From an uncultured Actinomycetes bacterium (GTDB lineage: Bacteria > Actinomycetota > UBA4738 > HRBIN12), in NCBI GenBank assembly GCA_964640085.1, contig CAZXFA010000014.1, forward strand, positions 281 to 64,280: a stretch of 64,000 nt of DNA. Direction: 5' to 3'. Positions 30,669 through 40,161 of the stretch are shown one piece after another. Numbering within the stretch: the stretch's first letter is position 1; each line of letters begins with the position of its first letter. The notes under the pieces are model-generated. The model did not search any database. It was not told where the DNA came from and saw only the letters and a program-made list of their open reading frames with translations. The translations under genes and the position numbers were made by a program.

Positions 30669-31960
30669 CACTCCTCCGCCTCCACCCTTAGGATGCTCCG
30701 GATCTCGTGCACCGCCGGGACGCCCCGAAGCTCGCGGACCGTCGCCTGGAAGGCGCCCTCGCGCGCCCGATGGGTGACGAACACGAGCTGCGCGTCCTCC
30801 CCCGTCCCCTCCTGCCACACGCTCTTGATGGACACGCCGTTGCGGCCGAACACGCTGGCGATCTCCGCCAGGACGCCCGGACGGTCCTCGACCCGGAGGA
30901 GGAGGTAGTACTGGCCGGTCACCTCCGACATCGGCCGGATGCTCCGCTCGTGGAAGCAGGTGCACCCCACGCCACGCGTCTCGCCCAGAAGGTTCCGGGC
31001 GACGGTGACGAGGTCCCCGATCACCGCCGTGGCGGTCGGCTCACCGCCCGCCCCGCGGCCGTAGAACATCAGCTCCCCCACCGCGTCGCCCTCGACGAAC
31101 ACCGCGTTGTGGGCGTCGCGCACGGCCGCGAGCGGGTGGGTGCTCGGGATCATCGCCGGGTGCACACGGACGGCGATCCGGTCCTCCCCGTCGAGCTCCG
31201 CGATCGCCAGGAGCTTGACGACGTACCCGAGACGGTGGGCGAACGCGATGTCCTCGGCGGTGACGCGGTCGATGCCCTCCCGGAAGACCTCCGGTGCCGT
31301 GACGCGAGCGTTGAACGCGATCGAGGCCAGGATCGCGCACTTGGCGGCGGCGTCGTGCCCGTCCACGTCCGCGCCTGGATCGGCCTCCGCGTACCCCAAC
31401 CGCTGGGCCTGCGCCAACGCCTCGGAGAACGAGATGCCCTCTTCCGACATCCTCGTGAGGACGTAGTTCGTCGTGCCGTTCACGATCCCGGTGACCCGGC
31501 GGATCCGCTCGCCGGTGAGCGACTCCTTGATCGGGCGGATCAGCGGGATGCCACCCCCCACCGCCGCTTCGAAGTACAGATCGAGCCCCTTGGCGTCGGA
31601 GGCGTCGAACAGCTCGCGCCCCCGCGTGGCAAGGAGCTCCTTGTTGGCCGTCACCACCGGCTTGTCGCGCTCGAACGCGGCCATGACCAGCGAGCCGGCC
31701 GGCTCGCTCCCCCCGATCAGCTCGCACACGATGTCGACGCCGGGGTCGTCGACCACGGTCATCGGATCGGCCACGATCCGGGCGGGGTCCAGTGGCACGT
31801 CGCGCGGCCGGGAGGGATCGCGGACGGCGACCCGAACGACGTCCAGCCGGCACCCCGCGCGTCGGGCGATCTCGTCGACGTGGCCATCCAGCAGGCGGAC
31901 GACGGCCGCCCCCACGGTGCCGCAGCCGAGCAGGCCGACCCCTAGCGTCCGGTCGCTCAC
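30668..31960 (-). CDS. hom: Homoserine dehydrogenase with C-terminal ACT domain
   Basis: [47 protein letters not shown]. Confidence 0.95.
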   Translation of the reverse strand: MSDRTLGVGLLGCGTVGAAVVRLLDGHVDEIARRAGCRLDVVRVAVRDPSRPRDVPLDPARIVADPMTVVDDPGVDIVCELIGGSEPAGSLVMAAFERDKPVVTANKELLATRGRELFDASDAKGLDLYFEAAVGGGIPLIRPIKESLTGERIRRVTGIVNGTTNYVLTRMSEEGISFSEALAQAQRLGYAEADPGADVDGHDAAAKCAILASIAFNARVTAPEVFREGIDRVTAEDIAFAHRLGYVVKLLAIAELDGEDRIAVRVHPAMIPSTHPLAAVRDAHNAVFVEGDAVGELMFYGRGAGGEPTATAVIGDLVTVARNLLGETRGVGCTCFHERSIRPMSEVTGQYYLLLRVEDRPGVLAEIASVFGRNGVSIKSVWQEGTGEDAQLVFVTHRAREGAFQATVRELRGVPAVHEIRSILRVEAEE

Positions 31961-33798
31961 GCACCCCCCGCATCCGGCCCCGGTTCGGGGCCGATCCAGA
32001 CCGCCATCAGGATCTCGTCCTCGTAACCGTAGGACTTCTTGGCGTGGCGCACGAGCCTGCCCTCCTCGACGAAGCCGAACCGCCGGTACAGGGCGATCGC
32101 AGGGCCGTTGTGCGGGTACACGGTGAGCTCGATCCGCTCCACCCCCATCGCGCGTCCCCAGCGGAAGGCCTCGGCCATCAGGGCCGATCCGATGCCCCGG
32201 CCCCGGTGCGAACGCACCACATGCATCCCGAGCGTGGCGACGTGGCGGATCGCGGGATGCTCGACGTGCCGGCGGATCGAGAGGCTGCCCACCACCCGAT
32301 CCCCGTCGACCGCGAGGAGGTGGGCTCCCTCCTCGTCCCACGAGCGGCGGAAGCGCATCCGGTAGCTCGAGACCGAGCGTTCCACCACCTCCGTCTGGAT
32401 CAGCCGTCCCTCCTCGGCGACGTCCCGGTATCCCTGGAGGAACGATCGCGCGTCGCGTGGTCGGGCGGGGCGGATCAGGACGCCGTCCGGTGGGACCGCG
32501 GACGGTGGGGTGGGCTCCGCGACCTCGAGCCGCTCGAGATCGGCGGCATCCTCGCGCCGGAGCCATCGACGGCTGGCGGCGTCCCGGACGGCGACGACCG
32601 TCGGGCGGCCGACCCGGTTGTAGGTGCTGGCCATGGAGTACGTGTAGGCACCGGTCGCCGCGAACGCGATCAGGTCACCCGGCCGGAGGTCCTGCGGGAG
32701 CTTCACGTCTTCTGCCAGAACATCCCCCGACTCGCAGTGACGCCCGACGATGTCGACCACGGCCGGGGCTGAGGCGCGCCGGGGTCCGGCGACGGCCACC
32801 GTGTACCGGGCGCCGTAGAGCATGGGCCGGATGTTGTCGGACATCCCGCCGTCCACCGCGACGATCGCCCGCCCGTTCGGCGAGTGCTTAACCGTTCCCA
32901 CGCGGTACAGGGTCAGCATCGAGGTACCCACCACCGCCCGCCCCGGCTCGACCAGGACGTGGGGGGCGGGTAGACCACGCTCGCGGGCGCCCTGCCGGAC
33001 CCGTTCGACGAGGGCCGGGGCGAGCTCGTCGAGCGCGAGCGGCGCCTCGTCCGTGTACGCGACCCCGAAGCCACCGCCCACGTCCACCAGGTCGGCCGAG
33101 AAACCCGTCTCTTCCCGCAGCCGCACCAGGAGATCCAGAAGCACGTCGACCGCCGCCAGGTACGGCCCCGGCTCGAGCACCTGGGACCCGATGTGCGCGT
33201 GGATCCCCACGAGCCGGACGTGCTCCAGCTCCATCGCCTGTCGGACGGTGGCCGGCACGAGCGACAGCGCCGTCCCGAACTTCGATCCGGCCGCGCCGGT
33301 CACGATCTTGCGGTGCGCCCCGGCGCCGACCTCCGGGATCACCCGCAGCATGATCGGCTGGACCGCGCCACCCACCGCGGCGATGCGATCGATCCGCTCG
33401 AGCTCCTCGGGGTTGTCCACGTTCACCAGCCGCACACCCGAGGCCACCGCGAAGCGGAGCTCCTCGTCCGTCTTGTTGTTCCCGTGCAGGACGATGCGGT
33501 CGCCGCCGACCCCGGCGCGCAGGCAGGCCTCCAACTCTCCGCCGGTCGAGACCAGCAGGTCCAGCCCCTCCTCGGCGACCAGCCGGATCGCCGCGCGTGA
33601 GGTGAAGGCCTTCACCGCGTACAGCGGGTGCGGGAACAGGGCCGCGAACGCGCGCACCCTGGTCCGCAGGTGCTCCTCATCCACGACCAAGAGCGGCGTC
33701 CCGTACCGACGAGCCAGCGCCTCCGCGGACGTCCCCGCGATCCGGAGCCCGTCCGGCGCGAACGTCGCGTGGTCGGGCCACGGCCCGCCGCTAGCCAT
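31957..33798 (-). CDS. lysA: Diaminopimelate decarboxylase fused to a C-terminal GNAT acetyltransferase
   Basis: YAVKAF, HGNNK, HAHIGSQ, EPGRA, HCESGD, GAY..SMAS.YN, then a Pro-rich linker and GNAT motifs (HRGRGIGSALM, NGPAIALYRRFGF) in the same frame. Confidence 0.9.
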   Translation of the reverse strand: MASGGPWPDHATFAPDGLRIAGTSAEALARRYGTPLLVVDEEHLRTRVRAFAALFPHPLYAVKAFTSRAAIRLVAEEGLDLLVSTGGELEACLRAGVGGDRIVLHGNNKTDEELRFAVASGVRLVNVDNPEELERIDRIAAVGGAVQPIMLRVIPEVGAGAHRKIVTGAAGSKFGTALSLVPATVRQAMELEHVRLVGIHAHIGSQVLEPGPYLAAVDVLLDLLVRLREETGFSADLVDVGGGFGVAYTDEAPLALDELAPALVERVRQGARERGLPAPHVLVEPGRAVVGTSMLTLYRVGTVKHSPNGRAIVAVDGGMSDNIRPMLYGARYTVAVAGPRRASAPAVVDIVGRHCESGDVLAEDVKLPQDLRPGDLIAFAATGAYTYSMASTYNRVGRPTVVAVRDAASRRWLRREDAADLERLEVAEPTPPSAVPPDGVLIRPARPRDARSFLQGYRDVAEEGRLIQTEVVERSVSSYRMRFRRSWDEEGAHLLAVDGDRVVGSLSIRRHVEHPAIRHVATLGMHVVRSHRGRGIGSALMAEAFRWGRAMGVERIELTVYPHNGPAIALYRRFGFVEEGRLVRHAKKSYGYEDEILMAVWIGPEPGPDAGGA

Positions 33799-35464
33799 CC
33801 GAGCGCTCCATCGACTCCGGGGCGGACACGCCCACGAGCTGCAGCAGGATCGCGATCACCTGCTTCGTTGCCACACAGAGCCACAGACGAGCCTGCGTGA
33901 GCGGGTCGTCATCGGAGATCACGGGGCAGTCGGTGTAGAAGCGGTGGAACCGAGCGGCGACGTCCTGGGCGGCGTGCGTGAGCCGGTGGGGGGCGCGGAG
34001 CTCGGCCGCGCGGCGGATCTCGGCCGGCACGTCGGCCAGCGCACGGAGCAGTTCGAGCTCGGGCTCGGTCGTCAGGAGCGCCAGATCGGCCTCCGCCGCC
34101 GGGCGCAGCTCGACTCCTCGCTCGGCGGCCCTGCGCATGATCGACGCGATCCGAGCGTGCCCGTACTGCACGTAGTACACGGGGTTGTCCATGGAACGGC
34201 GCTTCACCGCCTCGATGTCGAAGTTCATCGTCACGTCGTTGCTGAACATCAGCAGGTGGAACCGCGTGGCGTCGACCCCCACCTCGTCGAGCAGCTCGTC
34301 GAGCGTCACGAAGTTGCCACTCCGCTTGCCCATCGGGACGGGGGCACCCTCGCGCAGGAACGCCACCCACTGGTAGATGACCATCTCGACTTGCTCGGGG
34401 TCGAAGCCCAGCGCCTGCGCCGCGCCGCGGACGCGGGCGACGTCGCCGTGGTGATCCGCCCCCCACACGTACAACAGGTGATCGAACCCCCGCGAGAACT
34501 TGTCGATCACGTAGGCGCAGTCTGCCGCGAAGTACGTGTGGGCGCCGCTCGAGCGGATCAGGACCCGGTCCTTGTCGTCGCCGAACGCCGTCGAGCGGAA
34601 CCACACGGCCCCCTCCGCGTCGTAGGCGTACCCGGCTTCGCGGAGTCGGGCGACCGCGACGTCGATCTCCCCGCGCTCGGCGAGCGAAGCCTCGGTCGTG
34701 TAGACGTCGAAGCGCACGTCGAACCGATCGAGCGTCGTCTGGATCCACCCCAGGACCCGTCGCACCCCTTCCACCCGCAGCCGCGCCGATCGGTCGTCGG
34801 GGCGCAGGTCGGCCAAACCGGGGCCCTGGGCGTCCAGGATCTGGCGAGCGAGGTCGGCGACGTAGTCGCCGTGGTAGCCGTCCTCGGGCACCTCGGCCTC
34901 GCGCCCGACGAGCTGCAGGAAGCGGGCCTCGATCGAGGAGCCGAACCGATCCATCTGGCCTCCGGCGTCGTTGAAGTAGTACTCGCGCTCGACCTCCCAC
35001 CCGGTGAAGGACAGCAGGCGCGCGAGCGCGTCGCCGATCGCAGCGTTCCGAGCGTGGCCGAGCGTGAGCGGCCCCGTCGGGTTGGCGCTCACGAACTCGA
35101 CCTGAGCCCGGCGGCCGGTGGGCTCGGCGCGCCCGTAGTCCCCTCCGCGGTCTGCCACCTCCCGCAGCACGGCGTGCAGCCACGCGCGCGTGAGCCGGAA
35201 GTTGACGAACCCGGGTCCCGCGGGCTCGGCGGACGCGACCGCCTCGTCGGGTGGGAGGCGCTCCACGATCAGCTCCGCCACCTCGCGCGGGGACCGTCCG
35301 ACCCGCTCGGCGAGCACTAGCGCGACGTTGGTGGCGAGGTCCCCGTGCTCCTTCTGCCGAGGCTTCAGGAGGACGACCGGGGGCCAGGGGCCCTCGATAC
35401 CGAGCTCGTCCGCGCTGGCCGCGAGCGCCTCGCGCACCAGCTCGGCCAGCCGTTCCTCGATCAC
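33791..35464 (-). CDS. argS: Arginine--tRNA ligase
   Basis: HGDLATN, GPGFVN, EFVSANPTGPLTLGH, GADHHG, MGKRSG, NPVYYVQYGHAR, APESM. Confidence 0.96.
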   Translation of the reverse strand: MIEERLAELVREALAASADELGIEGPWPPVVLLKPRQKEHGDLATNVALVLAERVGRSPREVAELIVERLPPDEAVASAEPAGPGFVNFRLTRAWLHAVLREVADRGGDYGRAEPTGRRAQVEFVSANPTGPLTLGHARNAAIGDALARLLSFTGWEVEREYYFNDAGGQMDRFGSSIEARFLQLVGREAEVPEDGYHGDYVADLARQILDAQGPGLADLRPDDRSARLRVEGVRRVLGWIQTTLDRFDVRFDVYTTEASLAERGEIDVAVARLREAGYAYDAEGAVWFRSTAFGDDKDRVLIRSSGAHTYFAADCAYVIDKFSRGFDHLLYVWGADHHGDVARVRGAAQALGFDPEQVEMVIYQWVAFLREGAPVPMGKRSGNFVTLDELLDEVGVDATRFHLLMFSNDVTMNFDIEAVKRRSMDNPVYYVQYGHARIASIMRRAAERGVELRPAAEADLALLTTEPELELLRALADVPAEIRRAAELRAPHRLTHAAQDVAARFHRFYTDCPVISDDDPLTQARLWLCVATKQVIAILLQLVGVSAPESMERSDG

Positions 35465-35478
35465 GGCCGGGTCGCCAC

Positions 35479-35750
35479 TCAGCCCGCCACCTCGACCGCG
35501 TGACGGACCGCCTCGATCCCGTCGGCTGCGTCGGTGGGCTTCGTCGGGTGCGCGAACATGTCCGAAGGGTATCCGGGGTCCGTCCGGGTGTGGCGATCGA
35601 TCCCGCTCAGCACGACGGCCGGCACCTCGACGTCCTCGGGGAGCTCGCGGAGACGACGGACGACCTCGGCCGGGAACAGGTGAGCTCGAGCAGCCCGAGA
35701 AACACCGGGTCGTCCTCGACGATCAGGACCTGTGGAGCCACGTCCGACAC
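35479..35750 (-). pseudogene. Degenerate response-regulator receiver domain (internal deletion plus frameshift)
   Basis: One frame reads VAPQVLIVEDDPVFLGLLELT. After a frameshift near 35680 another frame reads EVVRRLRELPEDVEVPAVVLSG...TKP...AVRHAV*. The beta2-beta3 region with the phospho-acceptor Asp is missing. Confidence 0.65.
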
Positions 35751-35802
35751 AGGATAGGCCCCGTTCCCGGACCCTCGGGCCCGGTTGCTAGACTCGGCTC
35801 GA

Positions 35803-35874
<72 letters not shown>

Positions 35875-35896
35875 CGATCCCGATCCGAGGAGGCCC

Positions 35897-36310
35897 TCAG
35901 GCCGCGCGGTCGCCGGCCTCCAGCTCGAACCGTACTTCCGGGACTTGCACGATCGAGTTGTGCACCGTGCAGTGCTCGACCACCGCCAGGAACCCGGCCC
36001 GCCGCTCCTCAGGGAAGGCATCGGGCAGGTGCACACGGAGCGTCATCTCACCCACGCGCGCGGGCCGATCCGGCGCCAACGCCCACGAGCAGTCGACGGC
36101 CAGCCCGGACTCAGGGAGCCGGTGCCGGCGGAGGTACCGGCCCGCGTAGAAGGCCACGCAGGACGCGAGCCCGGCCACGAACAGTTCGGTCGGGGTCGGC
36201 GCGGTGTCCCCGCCACCGTCGGCGACCGGCTGATCCACCTCGACCTCGTGCCCGCGGATCGCGATCACGTACCGGTCGTCGTGGTCCTGTCGAACCCGGA
36301 TCGTGCCCAT
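35897..36310 (-). CDS. OsmC family protein
   Basis: DQP..GG.DTAPTPTELFVAGLASC and a second Cys in HCTVHNS. Confidence 0.88.
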   Translation of the reverse strand: MGTIRVRQDHDDRYVIAIRGHEVEVDQPVADGGGDTAPTPTELFVAGLASCVAFYAGRYLRRHRLPESGLAVDCSWALAPDRPARVGEMTLRVHLPDAFPEERRAGFLAVVEHCTVHNSIVQVPEVRFELEAGDRAA

Positions 36311-36448
36311 GGATCCTCCGTCATCCTCCAGCCAGGTTCGGGGCCGAGCCCGGCGGCGGCGTGGGCCGGATGGCCCCCGCTCCACGGGCCGGATCGGGCC
36401 GAAGGACCCGGTCGGCGAGGACGTCCGCGCGGTATCGTTCGCAGCCGG

Positions 36449-37795
36449 ATGAACGCCGAGGAGCTCCGCGCCGCGGTCGCCGACGGGATGCCTCGGACCA
36501 TCGAGGACCTGTCCCGATTGATCCGGATCCCCTCGATCGCTTTCCCCGGCTACGACCCGGCCCCGGTCCGGGCGGCCGCCGAGGCGACCGCCGAGACCCT
36601 CGAGGAGGCCGGGTTCGGTGGGGTGCGGCTGATCGAGCTCCCCGACGGCGCGGAACACCCTGCGGTCTACGGCGAGATCGCCGGGCCGGCGAGGGCGCCG
36701 ACCGTCCTGCTGTACGCGCACCACGACGTCCAACCCGAGGGACCGGTCCAGGAGTGGACCAGCCCACCGTTCGAGCCGGAGGTCCGTGATGGTCGCCTGT
36801 ACGGGCGGGGGAGCGCCGACGACAAGTGCGGGATCGCGATGCATGCGGGGGCGCTCCGGGCGTGGAGCGGGAGCCCGCCGATCACGGTCAAGGTGATCGT
36901 GGAGGGTGAGGAGGAGGCCAGCACCGCCCATCTGCCGTTCCTGATCGAGGGCAATCGGGATCTGTTGGCGTGCGACGTCGTCGGGGTCGCCGACGGTGGG
37001 AACTGGCGGACCGGCGTCCCCACGCTGGACACCAGCATGCGCGGCGTCGTGGATTGCCGGGTCACGGTCCGGGTCCTCGATCTCGCCGTCCACAGCGGTG
37101 AGTACGGGGGGGCGATCCCCGACGCGCTCTCGTCGCTGGCTCGGATCCTGGCCAGCCTGCACGACGAGCGCGGGGATGCAGCGATCCAGGGCCTGAGCCG
37201 CTCGCCCTGGGAAGGGGTCGAGGTCACCGAGGACGACCTGCGGGACCAGACGCCCATCCGTCCCGGGGTCCAGCTGATCGGCACCGGTTCGATCGCGGAG
37301 CGTCTGTGGTCGGGACCGGCCGTCTCGGTGCTGGGGATCGACGCCCCCCGCGTGCGCGAGGCCTCGAACCAGCTGGTCCCGGTGGCCACAGCCAAGGTGA
37401 GCCTCCGGATCCCGCCGGACGAGGACCCCGTGCGGGCCCGCGACCTGCTCGCCCGCCATCTGGTCGAGCATGCCCCCTGGGGAGTCGAGGTGCAGGTCGA
37501 CGGGGGCGAGGCGGGGGCAGGGATGCGGATCGGGACCGACGGTCCGGCGTTCGCGGCGATGCTGCGCGCCATGGAGCGGGCCTACGGCCGGCCGCCGGTC
37601 CAGAGCGGAAGCGGCGGCTCGATCCCGCTGATCCCCGTCCTGGCAAGGGCGTTCCCGCAGGCGGAGATCCTCGTGTACGGGGTCTCGGACGACAAGAGCC
37701 AGTACCACTCGATCGACGAGAGCGTGGATCTGGCCGACCTCGAGCGCGCCGTCCTGGCCGAGGCCCTCCTGTTCGAGGAGCTCGCCACCCCCTGA
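36449..37795 (+). CDS. M20 family dipeptidase
   Basis: LLYAHHDVQP, GRGSADDK, EGEEE, HSG.YGG, GGSIP, HSIDES. Confidence 0.9.
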   Translation: MNAEELRAAVADGMPRTIEDLSRLIRIPSIAFPGYDPAPVRAAAEATAETLEEAGFGGVRLIELPDGAEHPAVYGEIAGPARAPTVLLYAHHDVQPEGPVQEWTSPPFEPEVRDGRLYGRGSADDKCGIAMHAGALRAWSGSPPITVKVIVEGEEEASTAHLPFLIEGNRDLLACDVVGVADGGNWRTGVPTLDTSMRGVVDCRVTVRVLDLAVHSGEYGGAIPDALSSLARILASLHDERGDAAIQGLSRSPWEGVEVTEDDLRDQTPIRPGVQLIGTGSIAERLWSGPAVSVLGIDAPRVREASNQLVPVATAKVSLRIPPDEDPVRARDLLARHLVEHAPWGVEVQVDGGEAGAGMRIGTDGPAFAAMLRAMERAYGRPPVQSGSGGSIPLIPVLARAFPQAEILVYGVSDDKSQYHSIDESVDLADLERAVLAEALLFEELATP

Positions 37796-37824
37796 GGCGA
37801 CCGGGGCGCTGCTAGGCTCGGGCC

Positions 37825-38313
37825 ATGGACGACGCGCGTATGCCGGAACCCCCGCAGCCGCCGGCGCCGGCGGAGCAACCCGGCGGATCGGCGGACGAGG
37901 CGCCCCAAGAGTCCATCACCCAGCCCACCAAGCTCCTGCGGATCGCGAGCATGGTGCGCGAGCTCCTCGAGGAGACCCGCCAGGCCACCCTCGACGAGCC
38001 AGGACGCATCCGCCTGCGACAGATCTACGAGCGATCCCTCGGCGAGCTCACGGATGTGGTGTCGCCGTCCCTCCGGGACGAGCTCGCGGCGCTCGCGCCG
38101 CCGATGTCCGGCGTCCCCTCCGACGCGGAGATCCGCGTCGCGCAGGCGCAGCTGGTAGGTTGGCTCGAGGGGCTGTTCCACGGGATCCAGGCCGCATTGT
38201 TCGCGCAGCAGGCGGCCGCTCGCGCCCAGTTCGAGGAGCTTCGCCGACGCGGCCTGCCTGCCGGACAGGGGCAGCCCGAGCCATCGAAGGAGCCTCGCGG
38301 GCAGTACCTATAG
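37825..38313 (+). CDS. bpa: Bacterial proteasome activator (Bpa/PafE)
   Basis: PTKLLRIASMVRELLEE, AQAQLVGWLEGLFHGIQ, C-terminal GQYL HbYX motif. Confidence 0.93.
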   Translation: MDDARMPEPPQPPAPAEQPGGSADEAPQESITQPTKLLRIASMVRELLEETRQATLDEPGRIRLRQIYERSLGELTDVVSPSLRDELAALAPPMSGVPSDAEIRVAQAQLVGWLEGLFHGIQAALFAQQAAARAQFEELRRRGLPAGQGQPEPSKEPRGQYL

Positions 38314-38328
38314 GCGGACCGCGGACGC

Positions 38329-39150
38329 CTACCTCGCACCCCCGCCCAGGCGCGTCTCGGCGGGGTCGCGCGCCAGGATCTGCGCGATCAGGATCGGCAC
38401 GAACGTGATCGCGATCGCGAGCATCGCGACGACGTTGGTCACGGGCTTGGCGCGGGGCCGGAACAGGATCGAGAAGATGTAGATCGGGAGGGTCTGCTGC
38501 TGTCCGGCGGTGAAGGTCGTCACGATGATCTCGTCGAACGAGAGGGCGAACGCCAGGATCCCCCCGGCCAGGATCGCCGTGACGAGGTTCGGCAGCACCA
38601 CGTATCGGAACGTCTGCAGGCCGGAGGCGCCCAGATCCGCAGAGGCCTCCACCATGGTCGACGACATCCTGCGGAGACGCGCGACGACGTTGTTGTAGAC
38701 GATCACGATGCAGAACGTGACGTGGCCGATCACGATCGTCCAGAAGCCGAAGCTCACGTCGGCCAGGGATAGGGTCGAGCGCAGCGCGATCCCGGTGACG
38801 ATGCCCGGCAGGGCGATCGGGAGCACCACGATGAAGGCGACCAGATTCTTGCCGAAGAACCGCGCCCGGTAGACGGCCCCCGCCAGCAACCCGCCCAGCA
38901 CGATCGACGAGACCGTGGCGAGACCTGCGACCGAGAGCGACAGCCGCAGCGCCTCCCACATGTCCTCGTCCTGGAAGGCGACCTCGAACCATCGCGTCGT
39001 GAACCCGGGCGGTGGGAACGTGAACGCCGCGGACTGCGTGGTGAACGCATACAGCACGATGATCAGGAGCGGGAAGTACAGGAACAGGAACACGAACCCC
39101 GTCGCCAGCCGCACCCCCCAACCCGCGGCTGCCGATCCCGACGCGCTCAT
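38329..39150 (-). CDS. Polyamine-type ABC permease (YdcV/PotC-like)
   Basis: EASADLGA, ALSFDEIIVTTFTAG. Confidence 0.87.
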   Translation of the reverse strand: MSASGSAAAGWGVRLATGFVFLFLYFPLLIIVLYAFTTQSAAFTFPPPGFTTRWFEVAFQDEDMWEALRLSLSVAGLATVSSIVLGGLLAGAVYRARFFGKNLVAFIVVLPIALPGIVTGIALRSTLSLADVSFGFWTIVIGHVTFCIVIVYNNVVARLRRMSSTMVEASADLGASGLQTFRYVVLPNLVTAILAGGILAFALSFDEIIVTTFTAGQQQTLPIYIFSILFRPRAKPVTNVVAMLAIAITFVPILIAQILARDPAETRLGGGAR

Positions 39151-40085
39151 AGCGCCTCGAACGCTCCCGCTCGCTTGGCGGCGCCGAGGTAGAGCATCAT
39201 GACCGCCATCGCCACGAACGTGAACGCGGCAGCCAGCGGCAGATTGCCTGCCACGCCCTGCTGCACGTACACCATCTGGCCGAGGAAGAACTCGGAGGTT
39301 CCGAAGATCTGCGGCAGGATGAAGTCGCCGAGGGTGAGCGAGAAGGTGAAGATCGAGCCGGCCACCAGCCCCGGCTTGGCCAGCGGCAGGACGATCCGCC
39401 GGAACGTCGTCCCCGGGCGTGCCCCGAGGTCGTTCGAGGCCTCGAGGAAGCTCACCGGTACCCGCTCGAGGGCGGCCTGGACGGGCAGGATCATGAACGG
39501 CAGCCACAGGTAGACGTAGACGATGAACAGGCTGATCTTCGACTGAACCAGCGTCGGCCCCCCCACGATCGGCACGCCGAGGAGGGCCCGGACCACGCCA
39601 TCCAGCCCGACCCGCTCGAGCGCCCACATGAGGAACCCCTCCCCGGCCAGGATCGAGCGCCAGGCAAGCGCCCGGACCAGATAGCTGGACCACAGGGGCA
39701 TGATCACCGCGAGGTACAGGAAGGTCTTCATCCGCGGAGACGCGTAGCGGGCCATGTACGTCGCGAACGGGAACGCGAGGACCGCGCAGGCGATCGTCAC
39801 CGCGGCCGCCATCCCGGCCGTCCGCAGGACGATCTCGTAGTTCGCCGGCTCGAGGAGCTCTCGGTAGGTCGAGGTGGTGAGCTCCCGGACGACCAGGCCG
39901 GTGAACTCCTCCAGCGACCAGAGGCTGTAGACGACGAGGGATCCGAGCGACCCGATGTACAGCACGCCGAGCCACAGGAGCCCGGGGAGGAGGAAGAGCA
40001 CCAGCCGCACCCCGGGATGGCGGTAGAAGAACGCCCCGATGCGATGGGCCGGCGAGCTCGGGACGGCGGGCGCGGTCACGGACAC
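39147..40085 (-). CDS. Polyamine-type ABC permease (YdcU/PotB-like)
   Basis: MPLWSSYLVR, WLPFMILP, EASNDLGA, FSLTLGDF. Confidence 0.87.
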   Translation of the reverse strand: MSVTAPAVPSSPAHRIGAFFYRHPGVRLVLFLLPGLLWLGVLYIGSLGSLVVYSLWSLEEFTGLVVRELTTSTYRELLEPANYEIVLRTAGMAAAVTIACAVLAFPFATYMARYASPRMKTFLYLAVIMPLWSSYLVRALAWRSILAGEGFLMWALERVGLDGVVRALLGVPIVGGPTLVQSKISLFIVYVYLWLPFMILPVQAALERVPVSFLEASNDLGARPGTTFRRIVLPLAKPGLVAGSIFTFSLTLGDFILPQIFGTSEFFLGQMVYVQQGVAGNLPLAAAFTFVAMAVMMLYLGAAKRAGAFEAL

Positions 40086-40112
40086 AGCTGTTGCTCCCCG
40101 TTCCGGCGGAGC

Positions 40113-40140
40113 GGGATGGGACCCGCAGGGGTCCCATCCC
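40113..40140. other. Perfect 12-bp GC-rich stem-loop between the SBP and permease genes
   Basis: GGGATGGGACCC-GCAG-GGGTCCCATCCC; no U-tract, so more likely an mRNA-stabilising hairpin or partial terminator. Confidence 0.75.
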
Positions 40141-40161
40141 CACTGCCGCGCGGGATCCGGC

